In this document: piece by piece, positions 16,476 to 25,599 of the stretch | Position numbering within the stretch: the first letter of the stretch is position 1 | Layout: each line of letters opens with the position of its first letter | Translations under genes and position numbers: made by a program | The notes under the pieces: generated by a model | The model's database searches: none | The model's input: the letters and a program-made list of their open reading frames with translations, nothing else | Told to the model about the DNA's origin: nothing | Source of the DNA: a virus | Length of the DNA: 41,274 nt | Direction: 5' to 3' (one strand) | Virus record (IMG/VR): IMGVR_UViG_3300045988_038418 | Span: 1 to 41,274 of that record

Positions 16476-17433
16476 TAAATTTTTTTACGAAAATAATAAC
16501 GGTAAACGGGTCGTCTTCGGTGAAGGCGGCCTGTATGCTAATTATAATGACCTACGAGATTATGAGTGGTCGTATTCGGATGATAACAATATCATAGGCG
16601 GATTCTATAAGGAACCCGTTAAAAAGAGCCTTCCAGTTGTGATTGTAAAAAACTCCCTTGCTGAAAGAATAGCTGTTCGGAATAACCTTTTTGAAGTTTT
16701 CGAAAGTGATATTTTAGCAGGCAAAAAAGGACGTATATATATTGGCAAATGGTATCTAAAATGCTGGATTACAGCTATCGAGAACAGTAGCTACCTTGCT
16801 CACAGGGATTTCACGAAGGCAGATTTGAAGATTGTTACTGATGAACCGTTCTGGATAAAAGAAGGGCTATATTCTTACGGGGCTTTGAACACTTCCGCAA
16901 GCGGCGGTGTTGATTTTCCTTTCGATCTCCCGGTCGACTTGCGGTCGGTGAATGTTGGACAGAATACCGTTTCAAATTCTCAAATCTTTCCTGCTGCATT
17001 CAAGATCACTGTGTACGGTCCATGCTCTAATCCGGTGATGATCAAGATTGGCGGCCATACTTATCAGGTCAACGTCGGTCTTAACTCCGGCGAAAACCTC
17101 GTTATTGACTCTATGAACAAGACGATCACTAAGGTTCTGCAAGACCGTGCTGAGACATCCGTGATGCGTTACAGGTATAAGAAGGAAAGTGTCTTCGAAG
17201 AGATTCAGCCTGGTCAAAACGAACTTATATGGTCCGGAGATTTTGGATTTGACGTACTCTTATATCACAAGCGAAGTGAACCCGATTGGGAATCTTTGAC
17301 TGGCAATATCGGAAGCAGTGATACACCTACACCGGCACCCGGTGGCAGTGAAACAGAAGATATGAGCGTTTACTTGCTCGATTCAAGCGGAGATCCGATT
17401 CTTGATTCTAATAACAATCGTATTGAATTGTAA
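16468..17433 (+). CDS. Distal tail protein (Dit; Sipho_tail-like)
   Basis: It overlaps the end of the tape measure gene, is 321 aa, and sits in the canonical post-TMP position. Confidence 0.6.
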   Translation: MLDKFFYENNNGKRVVFGEGGLYANYNDLRDYEWSYSDDNNIIGGFYKEPVKKSLPVVIVKNSLAERIAVRNNLFEVFESDILAGKKGRIYIGKWYLKCWITAIENSSYLAHRDFTKADLKIVTDEPFWIKEGLYSYGALNTSASGGVDFPFDLPVDLRSVNVGQNTVSNSQIFPAAFKITVYGPCSNPVMIKIGGHTYQVNVGLNSGENLVIDSMNKTITKVLQDRAETSVMRYRYKKESVFEEIQPGQNELIWSGDFGFDVLLYHKRSEPDWESLTGNIGSSDTPTPAPGGSETEDMSVYLLDSSGDPILDSNNNRIEL

Positions 17434-17444
17434 GGGGGTACATC

Positions 17445-18443
17445 ATGGATTTTTACATGACAGATAAGGATAGATATGACATGATGCCTCTCTCTGATAA
17501 GTGCTCTTTTGATTTTGAAATCGGAAGTGAAAATGATTTTGAAATTAGAATACCTGTGTCACTGTATGATTCAGAAATCTATGAAAAAGGACACTATATC
17601 TACTGCGACGGAACAGAATACGGCGGACGGATAGAAGGAATTAAGTCAGATACATCTGATGGGATCGTAAAAGTATACGGAGAGACATTCCGGGGAATGC
17701 TCAAGGACAAGGTTGTTGAGCCGCCGACCGGAGAGGCTTATCTATACGTCTCAGGCGATCTGACGAACTGCCTTAAGGCTTTGCTTGGCGGACAGTATAC
17801 AGATGTGTTCAAAGTCTCTGACACCCTCACAGGAGTTTCTGTGAGCAATTATAAAGTTAACAGATATGATTACATTCTCAATGCGATGGAATCCTTGCTT
17901 GAGTCTAAAGGCTATCGACTGGACATCAGCGTGGTAAACGAAGAGGCACAATTTTTTGTTGAATTGTCAGCGAAACCGAACGAGGTTGATGATGAGATAT
18001 CGCAGGACTATGATTTCAATTTCAGTATTGACAAAAAAATTCTGAAATACAACTACATGATCGCACTTGGTGGCGGACAGCTCGAAAAAAGAACGGTTTT
18101 GTATCTGCATCAAAAAGAAGATGGCACGATTGAACAGGTTTCGGGCATCCCGAACGGTGACGATATTCGGGTGTATAAATATGATTACAGCTCATCTGAC
18201 TCATCCGAAAATGAAACAGAGCTGCTTGACAGTGCTGCAAAGAAATTTGACGAGATCAACGAATCAGACAGTCAGGCGATGACTATTTCTGACGGATCAC
18301 AGATTGAGTTAGAGCTTGGCAGCATCGTTTCGGGACGCGATTATATCACCGGCATCACGATTCAAGAACCAGTAACTAGAAAAATTTTAAAAGTAAAAAA
18401 TGGGATAGCATCTGTATCGTACAAAATAGGAGATGATAAATAA
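17445..18443 (+). CDS. Tail hub protein (siphovirus ReqiPepy6 Gp37-like)
   Basis: The pattern TEYGGRIEGIKSDTSDGIVKVYGETFRGMLKDKVVEPPTGEAYLYVSGDL matches the Sipho_Gp37 pattern as recalled. It follows Dit. Confidence 0.65.
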   Translation: MDFYMTDKDRYDMMPLSDKCSFDFEIGSENDFEIRIPVSLYDSEIYEKGHYIYCDGTEYGGRIEGIKSDTSDGIVKVYGETFRGMLKDKVVEPPTGEAYLYVSGDLTNCLKALLGGQYTDVFKVSDTLTGVSVSNYKVNRYDYILNAMESLLESKGYRLDISVVNEEAQFFVELSAKPNEVDDEISQDYDFNFSIDKKILKYNYMIALGGGQLEKRTVLYLHQKEDGTIEQVSGIPNGDDIRVYKYDYSSSDSSENETELLDSAAKKFDEINESDSQAMTISDGSQIELELGSIVSGRDYITGITIQEPVTRKILKVKNGIASVSYKIGDDK

Positions 18444-19504
18444 TGGCAAAAATAGTTACCGGACACACAGGAAGTGCACACATTACAGCAGATGACTGGG
18501 CTTCTTTCAACGCGGGGCTTCTGAGTAGTTCTGACGTTGTGCTTGCATTTGATATGCCTGAAGCAAAAGAGACAACCTCCGGCGTTGTGACATTGCCGAA
18601 GCTTGAGATCGTCATTCAGGGCGTGCATTGCCGAACGGATGGTACAGAAAAAGTGACTATTGAAACGGGGTCGCAAGGACTTTACAGAAACGATTTAATC
18701 ATTGGACGGTATCAAAAAAATGCATCATCCGGTATTGAATCTTTTGCGGTTGATATCGTAAAAGGGACAGCATCATCTTCACCGTCTGATCCATCTTTAA
18801 CTCAGAACGATATTAGATCAGGCGGAACGCTTCGAGAAGTCCCGCTTTACAGAATCGTTTTATACGGCTCAACGATTCAGAAAATCGAGCCAGTGATATC
18901 GAATATCAAGAATCTGTTGAATCTTCAGAAAGATGTTAATGCTGCAAACGATATTGCCAAGGCGGCAGATTCTCGGGCAGAAGCGAATTCTGACGATATC
19001 ACAAAGTTAGGCACAAGGGCCACAAACCTTGAAAAGAAGCTTGATTTCAAAGGCACCTTGAGGGCTTTCAGCGATAATGCAAAAGCGGCGCTGATGAGCT
19101 GGGTAAGTTCTTTCAATTCTTCATCTGGGAAGCCAGAGGTAGTCGGTGCAGGCGTTGCTGTTCAGGATACAAATGGAAATGAAAAATCATCGTTTAGAAT
19201 TTATTCAGACGGTAAAATGCAGTTCAATCATGGCGATAATAGTTATAATGTACCTATCGTTCAGCGAGGTTCGCAGTCAATGACTGTAGAAAAAGCGAAT
19301 ACTCCTTCAAAAAAAGAAATTACATTTCCAAAATCATACAAGTCCATTCCGAATGTTTTTGTCACGATCCATGCGAGCGATCCGCTCAAATACGGCGTTT
19401 CGGTTGGAGGGGTAACTGCAAAAGGCTTTACATTGTATTTCAACGCAACTAGTGCCACAACGGCAACGATCGAATGGTGTTCAATCGGTCGCATTGACCA
19501 GTAA
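18443..19504 (+). CDS. Tail fibre / receptor-binding candidate with a C-terminal domain resembling an H-type lectin
   Basis: The start overlaps the upstream stop as TAATG. The C-terminal segment ITFPKSYKSIPNVFVTIHASD...GVTAKGFTLYFNA...ATIEWCSIG resembles the H_lectin pattern. Confidence 0.45.
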   Translation: MAKIVTGHTGSAHITADDWASFNAGLLSSSDVVLAFDMPEAKETTSGVVTLPKLEIVIQGVHCRTDGTEKVTIETGSQGLYRNDLIIGRYQKNASSGIESFAVDIVKGTASSSPSDPSLTQNDIRSGGTLREVPLYRIVLYGSTIQKIEPVISNIKNLLNLQKDVNAANDIAKAADSRAEANSDDITKLGTRATNLEKKLDFKGTLRAFSDNAKAALMSWVSSFNSSSGKPEVVGAGVAVQDTNGNEKSSFRIYSDGKMQFNHGDNSYNVPIVQRGSQSMTVEKANTPSKKEITFPKSYKSIPNVFVTIHASDPLKYGVSVGGVTAKGFTLYFNATSATTATIEWCSIGRIDQ

Positions 19505-19515
19505 GGAGGAAAGCC

Positions 19516-19803
19516 ATGTCAAAAATCAGTGCTTACGAAAAGATACAGGAGTTCAACGGCTCTGAGGTATTCATTGTTGATACATCGGACGGAACAAGGA
19601 CGGTCACATATCAGCAGCTCGTAGACCTTATCAAGTCAACCGGCGGTAATGTTGTAGCACAGCAGAAGAGTGTGACTCCGGCAGCAAATGAACAGGTTGT
19701 CGAGCCCGATTCTGGCTATAATGCCCTTTCGAAGGTGACGGTTAATGCTATCCCAATATCGAGAGACGAAAACGCAAACGGGACGACCGTAACGATCGGA
19801 TAG
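19516..19803 (+). CDS. Small tail-fibre-associated hypothetical protein
   Basis: Strong AAGGAGG RBS, 95 aa, located inside the fibre cluster. Confidence 0.45.
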   Translation: MSKISAYEKIQEFNGSEVFIVDTSDGTRTVTYQQLVDLIKSTGGNVVAQQKSVTPAANEQVVEPDSGYNALSKVTVNAIPISRDENANGTTVTIG

Positions 19804-19813
19804 GAGGGCAAAA

Positions 19814-20425
19814 ATGGCAGTAAATAAGGTTATATACGGCTCTGATGTGCTGATTGACCTGACGGATGACACGGTTAATGCATTGTCCTTGAAGAAGGGA
19901 TATACAGCACACGATTGTCACGGAAATTTAATCACGGGTGAGCATGTTGAGTCCGGTGACAGTTCCGGCGCCGGACTTCCTGATATAATCGAAGCTGGCA
20001 ATACACCTATTTGGATGCACTTGCAAACTGTTTCAACAAGAAGTAATTCGAGTAGCGAATCTTATAAATTAGGATCAGGCCGTTTCATAGCGCCAAAAAA
20101 TGGCACATACAGATTTACTTTCGTCGGATGGACGAATGCTGCGTCAAGCGGCAACGGAAACAAAGCTAAAGTATATCTTAGTACAGCATCTAATAAACTG
20201 AATAGTGACGGTTTAGACGGCACACAAGTTGTCGAACTACCTTATAACGATGCTGATATCAGATCTGTGCATATGGATGTGAAACTGAAAGCGGGGCAAG
20301 TAATCTACTTCTTCGGACGTACAGCAGCGTCTAACGTTTCGTCGTATGTTGCAGGCTCAACCGGAACAGTTCATGCATTTTTAGTTAGTGTTGCATGGGA
20401 TAATGGTTGTAACAATGTTGGATAG
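19814..20425 (+). CDS. Tail fibre / receptor-binding candidate with a C1q/TNF-like C-terminal jelly roll
   Basis: The N-terminal pattern VIYGSDVLIDLTDDTVNALSLKKGYTAHDCHGNLITG is common in fibre proteins of Firmicutes phages. The C-terminal GTYRFTFVGW...VKLKAGQVIYF resembles C1q-like domains. Confidence 0.45.
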   Translation: MAVNKVIYGSDVLIDLTDDTVNALSLKKGYTAHDCHGNLITGEHVESGDSSGAGLPDIIEAGNTPIWMHLQTVSTRSNSSSESYKLGSGRFIAPKNGTYRFTFVGWTNAASSGNGNKAKVYLSTASNKLNSDGLDGTQVVELPYNDADIRSVHMDVKLKAGQVIYFFGRTAASNVSSYVAGSTGTVHAFLVSVAWDNGCNNVG

Positions 20426-20439
20426 AAGGGGCATGTTAT

Positions 20440-21216
20440 ATGATTAGAGGAAAAGTGACCGGACAGGTTCTGCAGCTTGCGAAAAATACGACCGTAAGCG
20501 ACAGCAAAAACTATATATCAGCCAGATTCGTCTTTTCCCTCGACTGGCTTGGTCTGACTAAAACGGTGCATTTCAAGAATGGCGAGAATCAGGCGGATGT
20601 AACCCTTGTGGATGACGGCATCACACAGGACAGAGGAATTGACCTGAGCGCCGGAACATGGGACGTGTGGCTGCATGGGGCAGCTTATAACGAGTCTACA
20701 GGAGAGCTTGAAGAGAGAATTACAACTACTAGCGCAAAGCTTGTAGTCCTTCCGTATCAGACCACAACCGGGGAACCTTTTAGAGGCAATAATGCCAGTG
20801 CGGTTGAAATTGAAGTCGGGAAAGCGGTTGTTGCCGCATCAAAAGCAGAAACGGCCAGAGACGCTGCGGAAGCATCGGCAAATTCCGCTGCCTTTTCCGA
20901 AAAAAATGCTGCATCATCGGCAGCAGAGGTGAAACGGAATAAAGAAGCGGTTGACAAGAATTTTAAATTAACAGAAACAGCGAAGAAAGAAGCGAAGGCC
21001 TGGGCGATCGGTGACAGCGACATTCCTGAGACGGTCGATAACAATGCAAGATTCTATTCGGAAGCAGCGAAGCAGGTTGCAACAAAAAACGGATTCTGTC
21101 ACCTGAGCATTGACGATTCAGGTCATTTGATTCTTGACCGTACGGAAAACATCAAAGACGAATTGAACTTCGAATTAACAGATAGCGGTCATTTGGAGGT
21201 TATATTTAATGATTAG
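20440..21216 (+). CDS. Tail fibre protein (Ala-rich helical C-terminal segment)
   Basis: The segment AETARDAAEASANSAAFSEKNAASSAAEVKRNKEAV is typical of fibre shafts. The gene overlaps the next fibre gene. Confidence 0.5.
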   Translation: MIRGKVTGQVLQLAKNTTVSDSKNYISARFVFSLDWLGLTKTVHFKNGENQADVTLVDDGITQDRGIDLSAGTWDVWLHGAAYNESTGELEERITTTSAKLVVLPYQTTTGEPFRGNNASAVEIEVGKAVVAASKAETARDAAEASANSAAFSEKNAASSAAEVKRNKEAVDKNFKLTETAKKEAKAWAIGDSDIPETVDNNARFYSEAAKQVATKNGFCHLSIDDSGHLILDRTENIKDELNFELTDSGHLEVIFND

Positions 21217-22981
21217 AACAGATTTAGGCATCGCAACGGCCTATGCTGAGGCCGTGAGCAAGGGATACACCGGAACAAGAGACGAATTCGGACAGATGTT
21301 TGCTGATTTCGGAAAAGCAGCTGAGAAGGTCACAGAGGACAAAAAGGCAGTCGAACAGATGAAGTTGTCTGTTGAAGAGACAAAGAGTTCTGTTGATACA
21401 ACGGCGGCTGAATTCGGACAGAATGTCGCAGATAAGAAAGCAGAGGCTAAAGCAGCCATCACAGAGCATGCAAATACGGAAAAAGAATCAGCTACAGCGG
21501 CTATATCTGAAGCGAAAGACGATGCAACAGGCGCGATCACGGAAGCGCAGACATCTGCGACGGATGCAATTGCTTCGGCAAAGGATTCAGCTACTGCTGA
21601 AATCGCAAAAAAGGGGACTGATACGCTTGCGACGATTCCGGAAGATTACACAACGTTAACTGGACAGGTTGGTTCACTAAAGGAATATATAGGTGATTTT
21701 GATAATGAAAAAATCAACAAGAATTTTTTGTACGAAATTGATGGGTCGAATGAACAGTTATCTAGCACGAAAATGATGGATGTGTCCGGAAATGGAGAAA
21801 TCGCAAAAGTAGTTGCTGATTCTGTTTACCGGGATAATCTTATCCTAATTCCTGATATTAAAGAAAATACAGTCAACGGATTGACGTATAGTGTTGTTGA
21901 TGGAATTGTTTCTGTATCAGGAACCGCAAGTACATATACACTAATCAATCTTGGTGTTAATCTTGCGATGATGGACAGAATTAACGGAATCGGATATAAA
22001 ATATTTATATTTGACGGCACTATGCCAACCGGAGTGTCTATTATTCTTGGTATAGCTATAAATGGAAATACAAAAACGATAACCAGTACAGTTCAAGAAA
22101 ACGCATCTACAGGATTAGTTACATACAATAACAAAAATATTGGTGTATCTGTTAACAATGGCACAACAGTGAATTTTAAGTTCGGTGTCGTTATAATTCC
22201 CGTGAATATAATACCTTCTAAATTCTTAAATGGATACAAGTACATTGGTAAATCACTTGACGAGTTGCTATGCTTATCAAATATGTGGGCATTTGGTAAT
22301 GAGGTATCAAAAATATTTTTGAACACAACATATCGATTTAAAAAGAACAATTTATACGGAAAAAGTCTTTTTGTTGCAGGAGATAGCGTTGCATATGGTT
22401 ATGGAAGTAATAGCACATCTTTCGGAGAAATTATCGCTAAAAAGAATAATATGCGTCTTACAAAAGTAGCAATAAGCGGAACTACATTTGCAAAACGTGA
22501 CGGGTTAACAAATAGTATTTTGGAACAAGTAGAGTCTATTGACAAAGAATACGATTATATCATTGTAGAGGGCGGGTTTAACGATTATTTTCAAATGAAC
22601 AATGGAGTATCTATTGGAACAATGCCTAAAAACATGAACTCTAGCAGAGACGATAAAACAACATACGGCGCATTAGATAGTATTTGTTTATGGCTTAAAC
22701 AGAATTATCCTGCAAGTAAGATTTTGTTTGTTGTTCCCCATAAAATAATGACAATAACTGGTGTAATTGACAGTGAGTTTTATCCATATTTGCAAGCAAT
22801 TAGAAATGTATGTGAAAAGTATAGTATTCGTTATGCAGACATTGCCTTAAAAGGTGGATGTACTCCTTTTTATCAATCGTTTAGAGATAAATACTTCGGT
22901 AGTGACGGAATACATCCTAATTTAGACGGATACAAGACTTTTTATGTGCCAGTAATCGAATCTGAAATGGAAATGATGTAA
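21209..22981 (+). CDS. Tail fibre/spike with a C-terminal SGNH (GDSL) hydrolase domain
   Basis: The N-terminal segment is an Ala/Thr-rich helical shaft. All four SGNH blocks are present: FVAGDSVAYG, ISGTT, GGFNDY and DGIHPN. The part from about 21660 onward is visibly more AT-rich. Confidence 0.75.
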   Translation: MIRTDLGIATAYAEAVSKGYTGTRDEFGQMFADFGKAAEKVTEDKKAVEQMKLSVEETKSSVDTTAAEFGQNVADKKAEAKAAITEHANTEKESATAAISEAKDDATGAITEAQTSATDAIASAKDSATAEIAKKGTDTLATIPEDYTTLTGQVGSLKEYIGDFDNEKINKNFLYEIDGSNEQLSSTKMMDVSGNGEIAKVVADSVYRDNLILIPDIKENTVNGLTYSVVDGIVSVSGTASTYTLINLGVNLAMMDRINGIGYKIFIFDGTMPTGVSIILGIAINGNTKTITSTVQENASTGLVTYNNKNIGVSVNNGTTVNFKFGVVIIPVNIIPSKFLNGYKYIGKSLDELLCLSNMWAFGNEVSKIFLNTTYRFKKNNLYGKSLFVAGDSVAYGYGSNSTSFGEIIAKKNNMRLTKVAISGTTFAKRDGLTNSILEQVESIDKEYDYIIVEGGFNDYFQMNNGVSIGTMPKNMNSSRDDKTTYGALDSICLWLKQNYPASKILFVVPHKIMTITGVIDSEFYPYLQAIRNVCEKYSIRYADIALKGGCTPFYQSFRDKYFGSDGIHPNLDGYKTFYVPVIESEMEMM

Positions 22982-23046
22982 TCAGCTAAAGAGGGCTTTA
23001 GTTAACTAGATAATATCAAAAAATCAAAAAGAAAGAAGGTCTTTTA

Positions 23047-23379
23047 ATGAGAAAAAAATTAATTCTACTGATTTTATCAGCCGTTCTTGTAGTGGCAATG
23101 GCACTGCCGGCACTCGCTTGTACGCCGCCGCTACACCCTCCAAAAACGCCAGACATGCAGTCAGCTTATGACGCTGCCTACGAAGCTGGGAAGAAGGCTG
23201 CTGAGAATGTAGTGATTCCGGATTCATATTTCAAAAACAAGACGGAAAGCGAGACCGAGACCGAAACGGTAATTGAGACAGAGACGGAATCCGAACAGGT
23301 CAATGAATATTATTTCGGATGGGGAAAATATATCCCCAAATCACTAAAAAACAGGTGGGCTAGCTTTCTCAGGAGGTGA
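23047..23379 (+). CDS. Phage-encoded lipoprotein with an acidic T/E repeat
   Basis: It has a signal peptide with the lipobox LPALA-C. A TESETETETVIETETESE stretch is present. It lies between the tail fibre and lysis genes. Confidence 0.6.
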   Translation: MRKKLILLILSAVLVVAMALPALACTPPLHPPKTPDMQSAYDAAYEAGKKAAENVVIPDSYFKNKTESETETETVIETETESEQVNEYYFGWGKYIPKSLKNRWASFLRR

Positions 23380-23437
23380 TCCAGTTTATCTCCCTTGCCG
23401 GGGTCAAGGCAAATACGTACAATTGAGGTATACAGAT

Positions 23438-23704
23438 ATGACCGATGCAATGATAACCGGAGTTGTAGCTATAACCGTGTGCATGATTAACAATGCATTT
23501 CAACAGTATCGTGTAAAATTACATCATGACGAGACAACGACGATGATAACTTACAAGATTGACGAGCTCACTAAGCGAGTTGACAAACATAACAGCATCA
23601 TCGAACGCACATATGCATTAGAGAAGCAGATGGCTACAATGGATGAAAAAGTCCGTGTAGCCAACCACCGAATAGCGGATTTAGAGGAAAAGGAGCGTGT
23701 ATAG
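23438..23704 (+). CDS. Membrane-anchored coiled-coil lysis accessory protein (XhlA/BhlA-like)
   Basis: It has an N-terminal transmembrane segment (ITGVVAITVCMINNAF) followed by a coiled coil. It lies directly upstream of the holin. ATG 23438 has a GAGGT RBS. Confidence 0.45.
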   Translation: MTDAMITGVVAITVCMINNAFQQYRVKLHHDETTTMITYKIDELTKRVDKHNSIIERTYALEKQMATMDEKVRVANHRIADLEEKERV

Positions 23705-23705
23705 A

Positions 23706-23933
23706 ATGTTTAAAAATTGCGTATTAAAACCCGATGTAAATACAGTTAAGTGGTTCAAAGCGGCCGGGGTAAGAGCCATCAAGACGATGGCTCAGACAGC
23801 TGTGGCACTGATCGGGACTAACGCGTTCATCACTGCTGTAGATTGGAAGATGATCATCTCTGGTGCTGTGATGGCCGGATTGGTGAGCATCCTGACAAGT
23901 GTTGCAGGCATTCCGGAAGTAGAAGCAGAATAG
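23706..23933 (+). CDS. Holin
   Basis: It is 75 aa with two hydrophobic segments. The pattern RAIKTMAQTAVALIG...SILTSVAGIPE resembles the r1t/LL-H-type holin pattern. It lies directly upstream of the endolysin. Confidence 0.65.
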   Translation: MFKNCVLKPDVNTVKWFKAAGVRAIKTMAQTAVALIGTNAFITAVDWKMIISGAVMAGLVSILTSVAGIPEVEAE

Positions 23934-23950
23934 AGAGGAGATAGACTGAT

Positions 23951-24718
23951 ATGAGTAAGACGTTTAAACAGAAAGAATGGGGAACACTGCATGGAATTTC
24001 CATGGCTGCTTCTGGCTGTGGCCCTTGCAGTATTGCATCCATCGTTGCCAACCTGGTTAAGGACATTACCCCAAAAAAGGTTGCCGAGTGGCTCTACGCA
24101 AACGGCGATTTCTTTTCATCCGGTACGACCCGTGCCGGCGTAACTGCTGCTTTTGAACATTACGGCTTCGACGTCGTTGGATATTACAAACCAGAACATT
24201 CCGGCGGCACAATCTGGAAAAACGCAATGGCTAAGATGAAGTCATTAAAAGGTGATTGGTGGGCCGTGTTCCTGACGGTCGGAAAGGTCAACGGGGCAAA
24301 GGACAATTTTTGGACATCCGGCGGTCATTACTTAGCCATCACGGACTACAAGGACGGAAAGCTGTATGTTCGTGATTCTGGTGCAAGAAACAACACCGGA
24401 TATTTCAGCCCTGAAAAGCTCAGATACGATACCAACGTCATCTGGATTGTTCAGAAGAAATCAGGCAAAAAGGCTTATACAGGCGAGTTCCCGACTCTTC
24501 CGTCAAAAGGCTATATCGGTGAAGGTGACACTGGATCAGAAGTTAAGAAGGTGCAGCTGTTTCTGAAGTGGTATGGCACATACAAGGACAGAGTAGACGG
24601 AAAATGCCTTGGAAGGACTGTAGCAGCTATTAAGGCGTTTCAGATTGCAGAGGGAGAGACAACTGATCTGAAATTCGGACCATCCTGTTTGAGAAAAGCA
24701 AAAACTGTCAGAAAGTAA
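23951..24718 (+). CDS. Endolysin: papain-fold cysteine peptidase (C39-like) plus a C-terminal PG_binding_1 domain
   Basis: The candidate catalytic Cys is in ASGCGPCS and the candidate His in SGGHYLAI. The C-terminal segment GDTGSEVKKVQLFLKWYG...DGKCLGRTVAAIKAFQ is the PG_binding_1 pattern. Confidence 0.75.
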   Translation: MSKTFKQKEWGTLHGISMAASGCGPCSIASIVANLVKDITPKKVAEWLYANGDFFSSGTTRAGVTAAFEHYGFDVVGYYKPEHSGGTIWKNAMAKMKSLKGDWWAVFLTVGKVNGAKDNFWTSGGHYLAITDYKDGKLYVRDSGARNNTGYFSPEKLRYDTNVIWIVQKKSGKKAYTGEFPTLPSKGYIGEGDTGSEVKKVQLFLKWYGTYKDRVDGKCLGRTVAAIKAFQIAEGETTDLKFGPSCLRKAKTVRK

Positions 24719-24726
24719 ACAAGAAT

Positions 24727-24879
24727 ATGAAAAAAGCAAAGGAAATGCTGCTAGAAGATGCATTATCTTCCGCTATTCATTCAGAGAAACGCAATATTCA
24801 TTTAAAAAAGGCTCTTACTCTTTCAGCCTTTTTCAACATCGTGTGTATTGTATATTGTGCATTAAAAAAGCATGGATAG
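24727..24879 (+). CDS. 50-aa tail-anchored membrane peptide, too short for the ORF track
   Basis: The translation is MKKAKEMLLEDALSSAIHSEKRNIHLKKALTLSAFFNIVCIVYCALKKHG*. It overlaps the next gene by 8 nt. The RBS is weak. Confidence 0.3.
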   Translation: MKKAKEMLLEDALSSAIHSEKRNIHLKKALTLSAFFNIVCIVYCALKKHG

Positions 24880-25132
24880 AGGCTTAATCAAATACTTTTG
24901 GGATTGCGGGGATAGCCAGATCATCGAATTTGCGATAATTCGGGCACGGCTGAACAGAAGAGAGAAAGAGGCTGTCAGCCTTCTTCTGGACGAATGTTAT
25001 ACACAGGAAAAGGCGGCAGAAGTGATGGACATTTCAGTTCGTAATGTTCAGAAGATCTGGTACAGTGCTGCGGACAAGCTCCTGTCGATTCCTTGGGTTG
25101 TAGCCTATGCAAAAGAGCTGAAAAATAAATAA
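24872..25132 (+). CDS. Small transcriptional regulator resembling sigma-70 region 4
   Basis: The segment LNRREKEAVSLLLDECYTQEKAAEVMDISVRNVQKIWYSAADKL is a region-4/LuxR-type HTH pattern. It is followed by a strong terminator. Confidence 0.5.
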   Translation: MDRGLIKYFWDCGDSQIIEFAIIRARLNRREKEAVSLLLDECYTQEKAAEVMDISVRNVQKIWYSAADKLLSIPWVVAYAKELKNK

Positions 25133-25140
25133 TATGCGTA

Positions 25141-25181
25141 AATATAGCGTATCTGATTCGTTGGATACGCTATATTTTTTT
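25141..25181 (+). terminator. Rho-independent terminator
   Basis: A 13-bp stem (AATATAGCGTATC / GATACGCTATATT) with a 10-nt loop, followed by a T7 run. Confidence 0.8.
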
Positions 25182-25212
25182 GCTTAAATATACAGTAGAA
25201 AGGGGGATGCCG

Positions 25213-25599
25213 ATGTATAAGCGATACAACCCCAATCCGATAGCAGCGAGAGTCGGCGACTGTACAGTTCGGGCAATCAGTAAGGCGACAGATCAGAGTT
25301 GGCAATACACTTATGTGCAGCTGTGCTTGTACGGTCTGTTAATGTCCGATATGCCGTCATCCAACAGTGTGTGGGGCGCATATCTGTTAGATATAGGATT
25401 TTCAAGGAATATGGTTCCAGACGTATACGGTAAGATATATACCGTCTCAGATTTCGCCAGAGAGCATCAGAAAGGCATCTATATATTAGCCTTATCCGGG
25501 CATGTGGTGGCACTAGTCGACGGTGATTGGTATGACACATGGGATTCCGGGCAAGAAATCCCGCTGTATTATTGGCACAAAAAGGAGGAGAGCGCATGA
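25213..25599 (+). CDS. Hypothetical protein with a Cys/His/Asp arrangement (possible papain-like fold)
   Basis: The motifs are YNPNPIAARVGDCTVRAI, then LSGHVVALVDGDWYDTWDSG. ATG 25213 lies 6 nt after a GGGGGA RBS. Confidence 0.5.
   Translation: MYKRYNPNPIAARVGDCTVRAISKATDQSWQYTYVQLCLYGLLMSDMPSSNSVWGAYLLDIGFSRNMVPDVYGKIYTVSDFAREHQKGIYILALSGHVVALVDGDWYDTWDSGQEIPLYYWHKKEESA

Noticed and set aside
18443-22981. A possible diversity-generating retroelement targeting the fibre genes.
   Set aside because: No reverse transcriptase gene occurs anywhere in the window. I could see no template/variable repeat pair with adenine-specific differences.
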